A stretch of DNA of 64,000 nt. Source: Macrostomum lignano. Lineage: Eukaryota. The notes under the pieces are model-generated. The model saw only the letters and a list, made by a program, of their open reading frames with translations, was not told where the DNA came from and searched no databases. The stretch is taken from assembly GCA_002269645.1 (NCBI GenBank), contig NIVC01000268.1:469647-533646 (forward strand), written 5' to 3'. The translations under genes were made by a program, and so were the position numbers. Shown here one piece after another: positions 61,249 through 64,000 of this stretch (position 1 is its first letter; every line of letters starts with the position of its first letter).

Positions 61249-62166
61249 TAAAAATCGATCGCAACTCGCTCGGACCGGGTAAAATTAATATTCAGAAAAT
61301 ATTCCTTTAAAAACGCATAAAAACTAATATAATTGTCACAAAAAATAAAATAAACAGGGTTGTTCCAAGATAACAAAGTACAGAGTTCATACATCATACA
61401 GTTCATGCATGTAGTTTACGGTAAACGCAGTCCTAGAGTTTAGTTAATTTGCATCGTCATTCAATCGCGTTTCGTCCGTAAGTAAGTAGCGCTTGTCGGT
61501 CTTTAGCTCGTTTTCTGCCGCCGTTGTCAAGCCTGTGTGGCTGTGCAGAGCACCATAGGGCCTCTGTTCGTCTGGTTCCGGGGTCGGTTCCGGCGCCGTT
61601 GATCGGCGTGCCCTTGCGGTCGTTCTGATCGGTCCCCGGCTGGGTTCGTGTTTGTGCGCGGACCTGAGCTCGCCTCCGGGCTTGCTCGAATTCTTTTCCC
61701 GTTTCTCTCGTGCTCCGTTTGCTTGGTGGTTCTGGGTTGCTAGGTGCGCCCTGTTTCGTCTCGCTTTGGGCTGTTCTCTTAGTCATAGGGTGTGCCTGTG
61801 CCGGTTTTGCGTCTCGTGATTTGCTTTGTAGTGTTTTGAGTTGGTTTGCGACACCTTTGATATTTCCTATAATTAATCATTGTGAGTACTTTAATTTGGC
61901 TCTAACTCGTTGCACCAAATATCGTTCAATATTTTGAAATGCGAGAAGCATTTCTTTGACAAATATCTGTTTTAATTCCTGTTCGTTCCAATGCTTTGTG
62001 TATTTTTCAATATTTTCATCCGAATAACTGATGCCAACAATACCAGTAATTGAACTCGCATGTAAATTATTTTGTTCGGTATTTTCGAAATAAGTTTTTT
62101 GTTAATAATTCTTCATCGCTGTTCGATATATTCGTATTTTCTGTTTTTCGTTTTTCAGTATTTTTT

Positions 62167-62180
62167 AGTAGAGGGGCGGG
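62167..62180 (+). promoter_or_regulatory. Polypurine tract
   Basis: AGTAGAGGGGCGGG immediately before the 3' LTR. Confidence 0.85.
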
Positions 62181-62824
62181 TGTGACAGTGTGATTCGTAG
62201 AATCGCGTGTATCGTATTTCTTTATTTTCATATGCATACCGTATTCTTTCATTTATTTTAACAATATTCGTACGTATTATTATCGCGCTATTTTTACTGT
62301 TAATTGCTTTGTTTTTTGTAGCCTCTTATGTATTTATTCTATTATTTGTATTTCATTCATATCGTTATTATTTATCGTAAAGTAGTCCTACCTATGTACA
62401 TGTACTGACGTATGTTATTCTTGTATGATATTTATCGATTAATTTGTACATGTACATTTCGCCTGAGTGGGGTTTGTCTGGTTTTTGGATTAAGCTTGTT
62501 ATCTTGTTTACTCACCAATTATAAAAATACACTTGCAGTCAGCGGCCGCTCTCTCCTTTTGCTTCGTCGCTTCGCTTCTCGCTCTAAGCTTGCGGGTCCC
62601 TTAGCTGTCTGGCCTCTTTACCTTAACCCTCTACCGCCTGCCTCAGCCCACCCGCCAATCAACTGAATCCTGACCGGCCCTTGCTAGGCGCATCAAATTA
62701 AGTACCAATCCAAATATACTAAATCTGCAAATTCACGCTAAGGATAAAATCGGCTGCTGATCTGCTGGATCGTAGATTAATCCCAATTATCCGCTACACA
62801 AAGTCTTCCGCTTTATTCGTCACA
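62181..62824 (+). repeat. 3' LTR
   Basis: Direct repeat of 53988-54631 at an offset of 8,193 bp. Confidence 0.96.
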
Positions 62825-63366
62825 AGTATTTTGTACTTTTTTATCGCGTTCAAACAAAAAGTATCACTAAAACAATTTTTTGTTTCAAGTATGCTCGCAA
62901 AAGTTCTACCTTTTTGTGTGAACTGCAGTCTGTAACAGCTTTTTTTATTTCGTAAATTAGCATTCATTTCAGATAATATTTTTAGATTAGATTTGCTAGA
63001 AATCTGGGTAGGGTTACGGAATGTATGAGGAGATATAATATATTGCATATTCAGTGGAGTTTTAATATTTTGCACGTTTGTTTAAACTTTTTAACGTGTG
63101 TGTCGTTGACGTTCAGCTTCTGAATAGAGTTCAATTACCTAGATTTTCTATCAATTTACTTCCATCTATCTAAAGCTTCGCATAAAAGTATTAGGAAGTA
63201 GTCTTATTTTGTATCTCTAATTATAATGGCCGAAAAAATCAAGTATATATAATTTTAGGCCACTGAAATACATCTTCGTAGACTTTGTTATGCTATATTA
63301 GAATTACTTAAAAACCACTCATTTTTTTATCTATTGCAGTCCGATTAAAAAATCAAAGTTTTAACC

Positions 63367-64000
63367 ATGTCAGAAGAAGTTCAGAAATCATGCGAATCTC
63401 GTCTCTGTGGACACCAGTCTTGTGGAACTAGTCCGTACAGCGGACTGCTTCTGTGCCAGACTCACCTGGACAAAGACATCAAGCTTGTTGGCAATATAAA
63501 GACCGAGCTGATGCAGAAGCTTCAATTTGTGATGACTTCCGAGCACAGGTCTCTGCTCAGAGCCGAGCAGAGTTCACTGGAAGCTGAGCTGCAGGAGGTC
63601 AGTGACGCATTTGACGCCCTGCAAGAGCAGGTGCAGCAGTGGCGAGAACGGACGATGTCTCGAGTGCAGGCGGCACACGACTCGGTTGCTAGCAGACTCA
63701 GAGATGCAGCCGAAGCGGAAGACTGTTCGAAGGAAGTGTCGGAGGCCAGTGATGCTGGAGACTGGAAAAAAGTGATGCAGCTGACGTATTCGTTTCGAAT
63801 GTGGGCCGAAGAGGCGCAAGAGCGATCGGAAAGCTTTGATCAGAGGCGCTCAGAACTTTTCCTTCGTCAGAGCTCGGATTATCCCAATGCTTCATCTAAC
63901 CTGATCAATAAATTCGGCATGCGCTCAGTTGGTGACGTGACGTCAGGTGTGCAGAATCTGCAGTTTGTCATTGACAGGCATATGTCTGAAGTCGTTAAAC
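63367..64000 (+). CDS. Zn-finger/coiled-coil/NHL-like protein, paralog C (truncated by the window end)
   Basis: Not in the ORF track because there is no stop inside the window. ATG 63367 MSEEVQKSCESRLCGHQSCGTSPYSGLLLCQTHLDKDI...RAEQSSLEAELQEVSDAFDALQ...RSVGDVTSGVQNLQFVIDRHM, open for 211 codons. Confidence 0.85.
   Translation, partial: MSEEVQKSCESRLCGHQSCGTSPYSGLLLCQTHLDKDIKLVGNIKTELMQKLQFVMTSEHRSLLRAEQSSLEAELQEVSDAFDALQEQVQQWRERTMSRVQAAHDSVASRLRDAAEAEDCSKEVSEASDAGDWKKVMQLTYSFRMWAEEAQERSESFDQRRSELFLRQSSDYPNASSNLINKFGMRSVGDVTSGVQNLQFVIDRHMSEVVK

Larger units (their letters stand above)
53988..62824 (+). mobile_element. Full-length Ty3/Gypsy LTR retrotransposon, 8,837 bp
   Basis: Two 644-bp LTRs (TGTGAC...GTCACA), 4-bp TSD AGTA (53984-53987 / 62825-62828), PBS, PPT, and gag-PR-RT-RH-IN domain order. 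Confidence 0.97.

Noticed and set aside
61249-62180. env-like third ORF
   Set aside because: No long sense ORF with a signal peptide or TM anchor between integrase and the PPT.

Overview
Eukaryotic, intron-rich and repeat-rich animal DNA. Ala/Gly/Gln-rich GC-rich exons sit among many minisatellites; a flatworm such as Macrostomum is my inference from style only. Contents from left to right: (1) the 5' half of unc-80 on the minus strand, 8 spliced exons, about 1,554 codons, running off the left edge; (2) a head-to-head 3-exon Notum/pectinacetylesterase-family gene whose catalytic Ser and His look substituted; (3) a 5-exon BTBD10/KCTD20 gene with every intron filled by a different tandem array; (4) a tandem cluster of intronless Zn-finger/coiled-coil/NHL-propeller genes (2 complete, 1 cut by the window edge, 1 pseudogene); (5) a full-length 8,837-bp Ty3/Gypsy LTR retrotransposon inserted in that cluster, with 644-bp LTRs, AGTA TSD, tRNA-Gln PBS and PPT. 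The most unusual signal is a cold-shock (CSD/OB-fold) domain between the Gag zinc knuckle and the protease of this element. Also present are CORE-like tRNA SINEs, MITEs and DNA-transposon remnants. All alignments were done by eye or from memory of family motifs; no searches were run.
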